Part shown: piece after piece, positions 1-8,921 of the stretch | How positions within the stretch are numbered: position 1 is the first letter of the stretch | How the letters are laid out: each line of letters starts with the position of its first letter | Source: Reclinomonas americana ATCC 50394 | Lineage: Eukaryota | DNA: 64,000 nucleotides | NCBI GenBank assembly: GCA_048213135.1 | Contig: PS015010.1 | Location: forward strand, 1,426,001-1,490,000 | Direction of reading: 5' to 3' | Program-made: the position numbers and the translations under genes | The notes under the pieces: generated by a model | What the model was told of the DNA's origin: nothing | Seen by the model: only the letters and a program-made list of their open reading frames with translations | Databases searched by the model: none

Positions 1-521
1 GCATAAATGAAACCGCCGCCCAGTTCATCAATAACACGGATGCGCTCTTCACCGGTCTCCGGTGTTACCAGGAAAATAAAATGCAGGTTATACTTTTTAA
101 AAAGTTCCCGGTACTGCGTGCTGAATTCATACATCGGCAGATCCGGGAGGATAATACCATCAATACCCAGGGAAGCCGCTTTTTCGCAGAACCGCTCCAT
201 GCCATATTGCAATACGGGATTCAGGTATCCCATAAGAACTACCGGAACAGTAACAGAAGACCGCATGGCAGCCAGTTGTTCAAACAGCACAGGTATGGAC
301 ATGCCATTAGCCAGTGCCACAGCGCTGCTTTGCTGTATCACGGGGCCGTCGGCCAGCGGATCGCTGTAAGGCATGCCAATCTCAATCATATCAGCCCCGC
401 CTTCCTGCAGGGCCTGCAGTACTTCCAGGGTAGCATTCAAATGGGGATATCCTGCCGTGCAGTACACGTTCAGCACATCCTTCTTTTTTTGTTCGAATAA
501 TATATCCAGCCTGTTGGTCAT
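1..521 (-). CDS. trpA: Tryptophan synthase alpha chain (5' part; runs off window start)
   Basis: Not in the ORF track. Manual reverse-strand translation from CAT at 519-521 gives MTNRLDILFEQ...NVYCTAGYPHL...GGADMIEIGMPYSDPLADGPVIQ, the TrpA signature. Last gene of the trp operon. Confidence 0.96.
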   Translation of the reverse strand, partial: MTNRLDILFEQKKKDVLNVYCTAGYPHLNATLEVLQALQEGGADMIEIGMPYSDPLADGPVIQQSSAVALANGMSIPVLFEQLAAMRSSVTVPVVLMGYLNPVLQYGMERFCEKAASLGIDGIILPDLPMYEFSTQYRELFKKYNLHFIFLVTPETGEERIRVIDELGGGFIY

Positions 522-524
522 CGG

Positions 525-884
525 TCAGAATTTTGTTGCCGGCACCACTTTGATCTCCCTGCCATCGAGAAAGATATGGTGATAGGCGGGTTTCGCATCT
601 ATATCAAGCGTAACACGGAAAAGGGATTGACTGGCACCGTCTTTGGGAAAATTGACCTTAATACTATCGCCATCCCTTGTTATCGTGTATGCCTTACCGT
701 TAAAGTCACTGTTCATGCACTGCTGAAACTCGTAACGTTCCCCATTGATGTTGGAGATCATCCGTATGGGTACATTCTCCTTCCCGCACTCGCCGATTTT
801 TTCAAACTTAAGCTCGTGATTGATGAAGGAGGAACTGCAGGAGTTGAAGAAAATGATGATGCCGGCCAGTAAAGTGTATTTCAT
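525..884 (-). CDS. Hypothetical lipoprotein between trpB and trpA
   Basis: 119 aa; N-terminal hydrophobic stretch with lipobox-like FNSC; co-oriented and 3 bp from the trpA start. Confidence 0.75.
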   Translation of the reverse strand: MKYTLLAGIIIFFNSCSSSFINHELKFEKIGECGKENVPIRMISNINGERYEFQQCMNSDFNGKAYTITRDGDSIKVNFPKDGASQSLFRVTLDIDAKPAYHHIFLDGREIKVVPATKF

Positions 885-915
885 AAAAGTTAAAAATTAA
901 AAAATCAAGAAACTG

Positions 916-2100
916 TTATTGAAGAAACTTCATGTAGGTGGCAAGATCTTTATCTCCTCTCCCGCTCAGGCACACCACCACGTTGTCGCCCGGGTTGAAA
1001 CGGAACTGGTTCAGTGCATGCAGGGCGTGAGCGCTTTCCAGCGCGGGGATGATGCCTTCAAGCCTGCACAGTTCCATGGCCGCACTGATCGCTTCATCAT
1101 CGGTAGCACTTAAAAATGCGGCCCTGCGGGTTTCAAAAAGATGCGCATGCAATGGGCCGATACCGGGATAGTCGAGTCCCGCGGATATGCTGTGCGGTTC
1201 CACTACCTGCCCGTCTTCTGTTTGCATCAGCAGGCTTTTACTGCCATGCAGGATGCCCGGTTTGCCCAGTTGTGTTGTAGCGGCGCTCTTACTGCTGTGG
1301 ATACCACAACCGGCGGCTTCTACCGCAACAAGCTGCACCTGTTCTTCTTCCAGGAAATGATAGAATGCACCTGCCGCGTTGCTGCCACCACCTACGCAGG
1401 CGATCACATGCGTGGGCATGGCGTTACCCGTTTTTTCCTGCAGTTGCCATTTTATCTCTTCGCTGATCACACTCTGGAAGCGGGACACCATATCCGGGTA
1501 AGGATGCGGCCCCACTACTGAGCCGATGATGTAATGTGTATCGGAAGGATTATTGATCCAGTCGCGGATGGCTTCATTGGTCGCGTCTTTCAGCGTTTGG
1601 CTGCCACTGCGTGCGGGCACTATTTCTGCACCAAGCATTTTCATACGGGCCACATTGGGTGCCTGCCTTTCCATATCCTTCTCGCCCATATACACGATAC
1701 ATTGCAATCCTTTCAATGCGCAAACTGTTGCCGTAGCCACGCCATGCTGACCGGCACCCGTTTCAGCAATGATGCGTTTTTTACCCAAGCGCTGCGCCAG
1801 CAATACCTGCCCGATGGTGTTGTTGATCTTGTGAGCACCGGTATGGCAAAGGTCTTCCCGCTTGAGCCAGGTATTGGTCCCGTATTTTTCGCTTAGCCGT
1901 TCCGCCAAAAAAAGCGGCGTTGGTCTGCCCACGTAATCTTTCAGCAGGCTGTCAAATTCTTTCCTGAATGAAGGATCGCCGATGATGGAAAGATAGTTTT
2001 CCTGCAACTCCCGCACATTCGGGTACAGCATCTCCGGCACAAAGGCGCCGCCAAACTGTCCGAAATAACCATGTTCATCCACACTGTATTTTGTATTCAT
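916..2100 (-). CDS. trpB: Tryptophan synthase beta chain
   Basis: [16 protein letters not shown] (PLP lysine), [33 protein letters not shown]. Confidence 0.99.
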   Translation of the reverse strand: MNTKYSVDEHGYFGQFGGAFVPEMLYPNVRELQENYLSIIGDPSFRKEFDSLLKDYVGRPTPLFLAERLSEKYGTNTWLKREDLCHTGAHKINNTIGQVLLAQRLGKKRIIAETGAGQHGVATATVCALKGLQCIVYMGEKDMERQAPNVARMKMLGAEIVPARSGSQTLKDATNEAIRDWINNPSDTHYIIGSVVGPHPYPDMVSRFQSVISEEIKWQLQEKTGNAMPTHVIACVGGGSNAAGAFYHFLEEEQVQLVAVEAAGCGIHSSKSAATTQLGKPGILHGSKSLLMQTEDGQVVEPHSISAGLDYPGIGPLHAHLFETRRAAFLSATDDEAISAAMELCRLEGIIPALESAHALHALNQFRFNPGDNVVVCLSGRGDKDLATYMKFLQ

Positions 2101-2612
2101 TCCTGTGTCACATTAGTATCTGGTAAAATCAATTGCATAAAGCTGAGGTCGAGCCAGCGGTTGAATTTATAGCCTACCTCTTTAAAGCGGGCTACTTCTT
2201 CAAAACCGAATTTTTTATGAAGGGCGATGCTGATCGCGTTATCGGCGTCGATACCGGCAACAATGGTATGTAATCCCATGGCTTTCGCCGCTTCAATGAG
2301 CGGTGGCATCAGCAACTTACCTACTCCTTTTCCGCGGGCATGCGCTGCCACATGAATGGTGTTCTCCACCGTATACTGGTAAGCCGTATGCGGACGAAAA
2401 GGCCCGATCGTGCTCATACCCAGGATGACGCCATCTTCATCCGCCACAAAAACCGGGAACCCTTGTTCCTTTCTTTCACGGAACCATTGCCGGCGCATAT
2501 CAAGTGTATGCGGTTCATAATAGTAGACAGCCGTGGTATTGGCGATCACTTCATTGTAGATGCCGAGTATCTGCGGAAGATCTTCTTCGGTAGCCTGCCG
2601 GACGTTGATCAT
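2097..2612 (-). CDS. GNAT N-acetyltransferase (YncA/MddA/phosphinothricin acetyltransferase-like)
   Basis: [47 protein letters not shown]. Confidence 0.9.
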   Translation of the reverse strand: MINVRQATEEDLPQILGIYNEVIANTTAVYYYEPHTLDMRRQWFRERKEQGFPVFVADEDGVILGMSTIGPFRPHTAYQYTVENTIHVAAHARGKGVGKLLMPPLIEAAKAMGLHTIVAGIDADNAISIALHKKFGFEEVARFKEVGYKFNRWLDLSFMQLILPDTNVTQE

Positions 2613-2614
2613 AT

Positions 2615-3247
2615 TTATTTTTTTAATGCCTGCCTGAATTGCAGTACCAGCGCCATATCTTTTACACCGGGCTCTTTTTCAAAAAGGCTGTTGATATCTA
2701 CTCCAAAAAAATCGGGGTGACGGAATGCCTTGATGGCCTCAGCATCTTCAAGCCCGATACCTCCGCTGATGAAGAATGGTTTTTCAATGCGGGCCTTGCT
2801 CAATACCGACCAGTCGAATTTCTTCCCTGTGCCTCCCGCGTCTCCTGATGCGGACCGTGTATCGAAAAGATAATAATCGCATACGGCATCATAAGGCGCC
2901 ACCATTTCGTCAATGTCAGTATCGCCATCGCCAATAGCGAATGCTTTGATCACTTCCACTTCTGTTGAAAGATCATCGCACATTTCAGGCGTTTCATTAC
3001 CGTGGAGTTGTACCACATCCAGGCCATAGTTGTCAATCGCGTCAAGCACGTCAATCAGTTCGGGGTTGACAAAAACGCCGGTTTTCTTTAGATCAAAGTC
3101 GGCTTCTTTAACGGCTTCCGCTTCAATCTTTCCTTCCGCGTAACGGGGTGAATCCTTGTGAAAGATGATGCCCGCAAAATTGACGTCCAGCCCGTCGAGT
3201 TGCTGTAACTGCTTTAACTGGGTGATGCCGCATACTTTAATATTCAT
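2615..3247 (-). CDS. trpF: Phosphoribosylanthranilate isomerase (canonical copy)
   Basis: KVCGIT, VQLHGNE, YLFDT, GGTGKKFDW, ISGGI, GVDINS. Confidence 0.93.
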   Translation of the reverse strand: MNIKVCGITQLKQLQQLDGLDVNFAGIIFHKDSPRYAEGKIEAEAVKEADFDLKKTGVFVNPELIDVLDAIDNYGLDVVQLHGNETPEMCDDLSTEVEVIKAFAIGDGDTDIDEMVAPYDAVCDYYLFDTRSASGDAGGTGKKFDWSVLSKARIEKPFFISGGIGLEDAEAIKAFRHPDFFGVDINSLFEKEPGVKDMALVLQFRQALKK

Positions 3248-3885
3248 ATCGCTGTTTCTTTTATGCTTTTAATAAAACGTTTTACTTCAGGCATATTTTT
3301 AATGCCGGGCAGTATCTCAAACTGTGTATTGATGTCCACCGCGAAGAGCGCCCTGTTGCCGGGCCTTGCGGCGAACTCTTTTAATGACGGAGCCTCTTCC
3401 GAACTGATGCGCCCTGCCAGGAAATAGGGTTTACCGGTTTCGATGCCGGTCAGTCTTTCCCGGTTGAATTTTTTATCCGTGCCACCGTATCCCGCACCTT
3501 CCGTATCAATCATATACATATCACATACTTCCTGGTATTCCTGCAGCCGCCACCCGATATTATCGCTTTCGCTGAAACGGAAGGCCTTGATGACAGATAC
3601 GTGATCGGCGATCTTCTCACAATACCGGGGCGATTCATCGCCGTGCAACTGCACCATGTGCAGCCTGCATTCATCCACCAGTTGCAACACCTCGTCCACC
3701 GCGGCGTTCACAAATACGCCGACTTTATTTACCTGGTTCTCTTTCCTGATCTGGCTGGTGGTCATGTGACGCAATGCGTACCGGGGTGATCTCGGGTAAA
3801 AGACCATTCCTGCAAAGTCGGCGCCCGCAGCATAAAGGGCCTGTAACTGGTCCTGCTGGGTGATGCCACAAACTTTAATTCTCAT
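3244..3885 (-). CDS. trpF: Phosphoribosylanthranilate isomerase paralog with degenerate phosphate-binding motifs
   Basis: KVCGIT, SPRY, VGVFVN and VQLHGDE are present; GGTD, LAGRI and DINT replace the canonical GGTG, xGGI and DxNS. Confidence 0.85.
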   Translation of the reverse strand: MRIKVCGITQQDQLQALYAAGADFAGMVFYPRSPRYALRHMTTSQIRKENQVNKVGVFVNAAVDEVLQLVDECRLHMVQLHGDESPRYCEKIADHVSVIKAFRFSESDNIGWRLQEYQEVCDMYMIDTEGAGYGGTDKKFNRERLTGIETGKPYFLAGRISSEEAPSLKEFAARPGNRALFAVDINTQFEILPGIKNMPEVKRFIKSIKETAI

Positions 3886-4673
3886 GTTTCTTTTGCTTTC
3901 AGTTGTTGAACAAATGCAGCAAAAGCAATCGCAGGATCGGGTGCTTTCATAAAGTTTTCACCAATGAGAAAACCCCGGAAACCCGCCCGTTTGAAGGTAC
4001 AAATTGTTTCCACATTATCAATACCGCTCTCGGTTATCTTTATTTTCCCTGCAGGTATCTTTTCGCCCAGCGCCAGAGAGTGGTCTATATCCACAGAAAA
4101 ATCTTTCAGGTTACGGTTGTTGATTCCTACGATGCCGGTCTCCTCACAGATATGATCCAGTTCGGTTTCGTCATGAATTTCAAGTAATACTTCCATGCCC
4201 AAACCAGTCGCCAGTCGTGCCATTGAGCGCACTCCCGCGGGTTGCAGGCAGGCGGCTATGAGCAGGATTACATCAGCACCCATAGCACGGGCCTCCAGCA
4301 CCTGGTAATCATCGATCATAAAATCCTTGCGGAGGATGGGTATGGAATTGATCCGGGCTGTTTCCAGGTCGGCTGTGCTGCCGCCAAAAAATGGTTCATC
4401 GGTCAATACCGATAAAGCGCTTGCGCCATAACTGGTATAAGCACCCGTAACTGAGGCCACATCCGCGGTTCCGTTGATCAATCCTTTTGATGGTGAACGT
4501 CTTTTGAATTCAGCGATGATGCCGGTCTTTGATACATCATTTAATGATGCCGCCAGTGAAAATACCTGACGCTGAAAGGTTGGAAATTTTTCGAGTTCAC
4601 TGACAGAACGGCGTTGCTTTCGTTCCGCCACTTCCTTTTTTTTATGTGCGATAATGGTATCGAGTATATTCAT
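3882..4673 (-). CDS. trpC: Indole-3-glycerol phosphate synthase
   Basis: IIAEFKRRSPSKG, SVLTDEPFFGGS, LRKDF, GINNRNL, ESGI. Confidence 0.98.
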   Translation of the reverse strand: MNILDTIIAHKKKEVAERKQRRSVSELEKFPTFQRQVFSLAASLNDVSKTGIIAEFKRRSPSKGLINGTADVASVTGAYTSYGASALSVLTDEPFFGGSTADLETARINSIPILRKDFMIDDYQVLEARAMGADVILLIAACLQPAGVRSMARLATGLGMEVLLEIHDETELDHICEETGIVGINNRNLKDFSVDIDHSLALGEKIPAGKIKITESGIDNVETICTFKRAGFRGFLIGENFMKAPDPAIAFAAFVQQLKAKET

Positions 4674-5665
4674 AATGCCAGGCTGATGAGTTGCTGAAAA
4701 GATTGATAGGCCCTGCCGCTTTCAAGACTTTCTACTGCGTGACGGTAAGCTTCATCATAATTATCGTACTTACCCGTTCCGTGAAGTGCCATCGCCGCAT
4801 TGGCCAGCACTACGGCGTTCTGTGCCCAGCTGCCCTGCCCTTTCAGTATGGTTAAGAATATTTTTGCCGCTTCTTCCACGCTGTTGCCTCCGTGTATATC
4901 AGCAGGTGTTACCGATCGTTTGCCCAGTTCTTCGGGCGTGCAGATCTTTTCACCTTCATTGCTGATGACACGGGTGTCGGCAGTGAGTGATATTTCATCG
5001 TAACCATCAAGACTGTTGATGATGGTAAAACGGCTGCTGCCCTGCTGTAACAGGTAATTGTATATCCTCGCCATTTCCGGGCTGAACACACCAATGAGCT
5101 GGTACTGCGGCGAGGCGGGGTTTACCAGCGGCCCCAGCATATTGAAGAAGGTACGCATGCCCAGGCTCTTCCTTATGGGCGCCACCACTTTCAATGCGGG
5201 GTGAAACAGCGGCGCATGCAGGAAACAGATACCCGCCTGGTTGAGCTGGCGGTTCAGGGCATTGCTGTCATTGGTAAAACGATAGCCCAGTTGCTCCATC
5301 ACATTGCTGGAACCGCTGATGGACGATGCTCCATAGTTACCATGCTTGGCCACTTTATTGCCGGAACCTGCTACAATAAAACAACTGAGGGTTGAAATGT
5401 TGAACGTATTCTTACCGTCGCCTCCGGTGCCTACAATATCCAGCAGTTCATGTCCATCCAGTTGCACCGGCACGCACAATTCCAGCAACGCGTCACGAAA
5501 CCCCTGCAGTTCTTCGATGCGGACACTGCGCATAAGGTACACCGTTATGAAAGCGGTGATCTCCGCTTCATTATAACTGTTCCGGGCCAGGTTGCAAAGC
5601 AGGTCCTTTGCCTGTTCGCGGCTAAGGTGTTTGTGTTCGAATAAATGATATAATATCTTTTTCAT
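4670..5665 (-). CDS. trpD: Anthranilate phosphoribosyltransferase
   Basis: DIVGTGGDGKNTFNIST, AKHGN, HPALK, RTFFNMLGPL. Confidence 0.98.
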   Translation of the reverse strand: MKKILYHLFEHKHLSREQAKDLLCNLARNSYNEAEITAFITVYLMRSVRIEELQGFRDALLELCVPVQLDGHELLDIVGTGGDGKNTFNISTLSCFIVAGSGNKVAKHGNYGASSISGSSNVMEQLGYRFTNDSNALNRQLNQAGICFLHAPLFHPALKVVAPIRKSLGMRTFFNMLGPLVNPASPQYQLIGVFSPEMARIYNYLLQQGSSRFTIINSLDGYDEISLTADTRVISNEGEKICTPEELGKRSVTPADIHGGNSVEEAAKIFLTILKGQGSWAQNAVVLANAAMALHGTGKYDNYDEAYRHAVESLESGRAYQSFQQLISLAL

Positions 5666-5668
5666 GAT

Positions 5669-6238
5669 TTATTGTTTCAGCCAGTTACGCATGATCTTTT
5701 CTCCGCCGGGGGTAAGCACGCTTTCAGGATGGAATTGTACGCCCTGCAGGTCGAACGTTTTGTGCTGCAGCGCCATGATGTAGCCGTTACTGTCGCGTGC
5801 CGTTACTTCCAGTTCTGCCGGCCAGTTATCATCGCTGATCACCCAGCTGTGGTAGCGGCCAACAACGATGCTTTTGTCAAGCCCGCGGAATAATGGTGCC
5901 TCACTGCTGATGATGTCAACCGGCGTGGCTACACCATGGAATACCGTACTGAGGTTATGCAATTCACCGCCAAACGCCTCTCCTATAGCCTGGTGCCCCA
6001 AGCATACACCCAGTATGGATTTGGATGAGGCGTAGGTTTTGATCAATGGGAGCAACAACCCGGCTTCCGATGGTATGCCCGGCCCGGGAGATAAAATGAT
6101 CTTGTCGTATTCTTTTATTTTCTCCAGGTCAATTTGATCATTGCGGTATACATCCACTTTATCATGCATGATCTTCTCTACCAGGTGAACCAGGTTGTAG
6201 GTAAAAGAATCGTAATTGTCGAATACCAGTATTTTCAT
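5669..6238 (-). CDS. trpG: Anthranilate synthase component II
   Basis: DNYDSFTYNL, SPGPG, GVCLGHQ, RYHSW, QFHPES. Confidence 0.98.
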   Translation of the reverse strand: MKILVFDNYDSFTYNLVHLVEKIMHDKVDVYRNDQIDLEKIKEYDKIILSPGPGIPSEAGLLLPLIKTYASSKSILGVCLGHQAIGEAFGGELHNLSTVFHGVATPVDIISSEAPLFRGLDKSIVVGRYHSWVISDDNWPAELEVTARDSNGYIMALQHKTFDLQGVQFHPESVLTPGGEKIMRNWLKQ

Positions 6239-6247
6239 GATCGGTGT

Positions 6248-7651
6248 TTATAATTGTCCGGCCAGGGTGATGGCCTGTTTCAACGCGTTAAGTTTATTAT
6301 TCACTTCCTGCAGTTCATTTTGCGGCTGACTGGCAGCTACCACACCTGCACCCGCCTGGTAAGTAAGTGTATTGTTGCGGCTGAGCAGGCTGCGGATCAT
6401 GATGGCTTTGTTCACGCTGCCATCGAAACCCACAAAACCAATGGCGCCGCCATAATAACCACGTGATGTACTTTCCTGTTCATCTATGATCTGCATCGCT
6501 CTTATTTTAGGCGCACCGCTTAGTGTACCTGCAGGAAACGTAGCGGCCATCAGCCGGAAAGGACTGATACCTGCGGACACCTTCCCTGTCACTTCGCTTA
6601 CCAGGTGGATCACATGGCTGTAGTACTGTGTTTTACGGTATTGCGATACCTGCACATGGCTGCACACACGGCTCAGGTCATTGCGGGCCAAATCCACCAG
6701 CATCACATGCTCGGCATTCTCTTTTTCATCGTTCTCCAGTTGCTGTGCCAGTTTGCGGTCTTCGGCGTCATCGCCTGTGCGTTTCACGGTGCCGGCAATA
6801 GGATGAACAATCGCGTGACCATCCTGTACGATCAGCTGGCTTTCGGGTGAAGAGCCCATCAGCCGGTAATCACCATAATCAAAATAAAAAAGATAAGGAC
6901 TGGGATTAACACTGCGCAACGCCCGGTATACATTGAATTCATCGCCGGTAAACGACTGGTAAAAAGGACGGCTGAGTACCACCTGGAACACGTCACCACG
7001 GTGACAGGAAGCAATGCCCGCTTTCACCATTTCCATATACCGGTCATCGGTTATGGCGGAAGTCTCCTCGCCTTTCACGGCAAAAGGAAACACAGGTACA
7101 TCACGGCTGCGGATAAGACTTTCCACAACTGCCAACTCACTTTCAATACCACTGATGTGGTTCTCGCAGATGTACAATTCATCCCTGAAATGATCGATGG
7201 CGATCACATACTGGTAAAGCCGGTAACGCATCAATGGGATACCAGGCTGCTTTTTAATGGTTACGCTGTCGAAGAATTGCACCGCATCGTAACAGAGATA
7301 CCCGAACAAACCCTGTGCGGCAGCCACAGGCATTTTAGCCGGCTCCTGTACTTCAAAACGCTGCATGAATTCTTCCAGCAGGGCGGGCACCGACGCGGGT
7401 TGTGTTATCGCGACCTTCTCGGGTTGCTGCGCCGGCAGTTTGTATTCCAACCGGCCCGGGTTGCTGATCTCGATGCCGGCAATAGCGTTAATACCGATGA
7501 AAGAATAGCTGTTCTCTCCCGCATGAAAATCTGTGCTTTCCAGCAGAATGGTATCGCGGAAGCGGTCACGGAGACGCAGGTAGATACCAACAGGTGTGTA
7601 TACATCTGCCAGCATTTTTTTCGCGGTGGTGTGGATCGTAATTTTTTTCAT
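6248..7651 (-). CDS. trpE: Anthranilate synthase component I
   Basis: LLES, NPSPY, PIAGT, AEHVMLVDLARND, FPAGTLSGAPK; start moved to MKKITI (7651), downstream of the attenuator. Confidence 0.97.
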   Translation of the reverse strand: MKKITIHTTAKKMLADVYTPVGIYLRLRDRFRDTILLESTDFHAGENSYSFIGINAIAGIEISNPGRLEYKLPAQQPEKVAITQPASVPALLEEFMQRFEVQEPAKMPVAAAQGLFGYLCYDAVQFFDSVTIKKQPGIPLMRYRLYQYVIAIDHFRDELYICENHISGIESELAVVESLIRSRDVPVFPFAVKGEETSAITDDRYMEMVKAGIASCHRGDVFQVVLSRPFYQSFTGDEFNVYRALRSVNPSPYLFYFDYGDYRLMGSSPESQLIVQDGHAIVHPIAGTVKRTGDDAEDRKLAQQLENDEKENAEHVMLVDLARNDLSRVCSHVQVSQYRKTQYYSHVIHLVSEVTGKVSAGISPFRLMAATFPAGTLSGAPKIRAMQIIDEQESTSRGYYGGAIGFVGFDGSVNKAIMIRSLLSRNNTLTYQAGAGVVAASQPQNELQEVNNKLNALKQAITLAGQL

Positions 7652-7656
7652 AATTA

Positions 7657-7727
7657 AAACAAAAAGCCCCAACACATCGTGTCGGGGCTGATCAAATATG
7701 GTCAATACATATCAATAGGGCGACACG
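7657..7727 (-). promoter_or_regulatory. trp transcription attenuator (terminator/antiterminator)
   Basis: Minus-strand terminator AGCCCCGACAC-GAT-GTGTTGGGGCT (7665-7689) followed by a U-tract. CGTGTCG just after the leader stop (7721-7727) is complementary to CGACACG in the 5' arm (7678-7684). Confidence 0.9.
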
Positions 7728-7781
7728 TCAATCTTTTGACTGCCACCACCAACCGGTATTGTATGTACGTTTTGTTGTCAT
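7728..7781 (-). CDS. trpL: trp operon leader peptide MTTKRTYNTGWWWQSKD
   Basis: 17-codon ORF with three consecutive TGG codons directly upstream of the attenuator hairpins and trpE. Confidence 0.92.
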   Translation of the reverse strand: MTTKRTYNTGWWWQSKD

Positions 7782-7865
7782 TGTGGTACAAAGATGGGGA
7801 TTCCCGTCAATTAAAAAAAACTTTTCTGAAATCACAATGAATAAATCAATACACGATAAATAATT

Positions 7866-7958
7866 ATGGCGTGTCCCGCCGGAAGCGGGCCGGGCTATCC
7901 GCTACTGGTCCTCGCTGCCTGCGGCATCTGTGGGCCATCCGCTGCTATCCCTCACGCA
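7866..7958 (+). repeat. Structured GC-rich dispersed element, copy 1 (Flavo-1 RNA motif-like)
   Basis: Shares ATGGCGTGTCCC...GCGGGCCGGGCTnTCCGCT...TCCTCGC...TCCGCTGCnATCCCTCACGCA with 50423-50513; the Flavo-1 resemblance is from memory and unverified. Confidence 0.7.
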
Positions 7959-7971
7959 TCCCCCGACCGCC

Positions 7972-8106
7972 ACCCACCAAATGTCCCTACGGGACATGAC
8001 GCATGGCGTATGGCGTTCATCATTTTTTTCTACCCACCAAATGTTCCTATGGAACATGATGGATGATTTGTTCGCCTTACCCACCAAATGTTCCTATGAA
8101 ACATGA
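7972..8106. repeat. Three 28-bp REP-like palindromic direct repeats
   Basis: ACCCACCAAATGT(C/T)CCTA(C/T)G(G/A)(G/A)ACATGA at 7972-7999, 8032-8059 and 8079-8106; core hairpin ATGTCCC-TAC-GGGACAT. Confidence 0.8.
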
Positions 8107-8206
8107 TGCGGGGCTGGACGGTCGGTCGTTTGTTGTCCGTCGTCTTCCCTCCATGAACATTTTATCCGGTATAAGAGTTAAATTGTGATAACAACATTCA
8201 ACGCGT

Positions 8207-8836
8207 ATGAAACTCATTGTCTTTGGCGCCACCGGCATGGTAGGCAAACAACTGGTACAGCAGGCCCTGTTCAAAGGTCATCATGTAAAGGCTTTCGGCA
8301 GAAATGTATTCACAACCGACTTCCTGGAGACCGATAACCTGGAACTGGTGCAGGGCGCACTTTTTGATGAAAAGGAAGTGTACCGGGCGCTGCAGGACTG
8401 CGATGCGGTATTATCGGCCCTGGGCGGAAATTCAGATGGCACCGACAAAACCCGCAGCCTGGGTATGAAGATCATCGCGGCACAAATGGAGAAGGCCGGT
8501 GTTAAACGTATTGTAGCCGTAGGCGGACTGGGTGTGCTCAATGGTGAAGACGGCAAACTGTTACTGGAAGCCGAAGATTACCCGCAGCAATACCTGGCCG
8601 TTGGCATGGAACACCGCAAAGCCTGGGAATACCTGCAGGCCAGTCCACTTGACTGGACCTTTGTCTGTTCGCCCGACATCATCGACGCCGGTCCTACCGG
8701 GCATTACATCACCCGTGCCGGTTACCCGCCTGAGCCCAACCAGTACCGCATCAATGCCGGAGACCTGGCCCTGTTCATGCTGAATGAACTGGAGAAAAAT
8801 GAATATGTGAAAGAACGCGTAGGTATATCAAATTGA
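8207..8836 (+). CDS. NAD(P)H-binding oxidoreductase (flavin reductase/BLVRB-like atypical SDR)
   Basis: VFGATGMVG Rossmann motif, DAVLSALG, LDWTFV. Confidence 0.88.
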   Translation: MKLIVFGATGMVGKQLVQQALFKGHHVKAFGRNVFTTDFLETDNLELVQGALFDEKEVYRALQDCDAVLSALGGNSDGTDKTRSLGMKIIAAQMEKAGVKRIVAVGGLGVLNGEDGKLLLEAEDYPQQYLAVGMEHRKAWEYLQASPLDWTFVCSPDIIDAGPTGHYITRAGYPPEPNQYRINAGDLALFMLNELEKNEYVKERVGISN

Positions 8837-8921
8837 TGAACGGTGCTGAAACTGTACAAGTGAGTGACACAACGATGCCGGGGTGAGTACATTTGCCGGT
8901 AACAAAATTCAAACTACATAT

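Noticed and set aside
7972-8106. CRISPR array
   Set aside because: Only three imperfect repeats, spacers of unequal length (32 and 19 bp) and no cas genes in the window; a REP-like cluster fits better
8852-8878. CTGTACAAGTG shared with 26646-26656 as a possible repeat family
   Set aside because: An 11-bp match is expected by chance in 64 kb and does not extend
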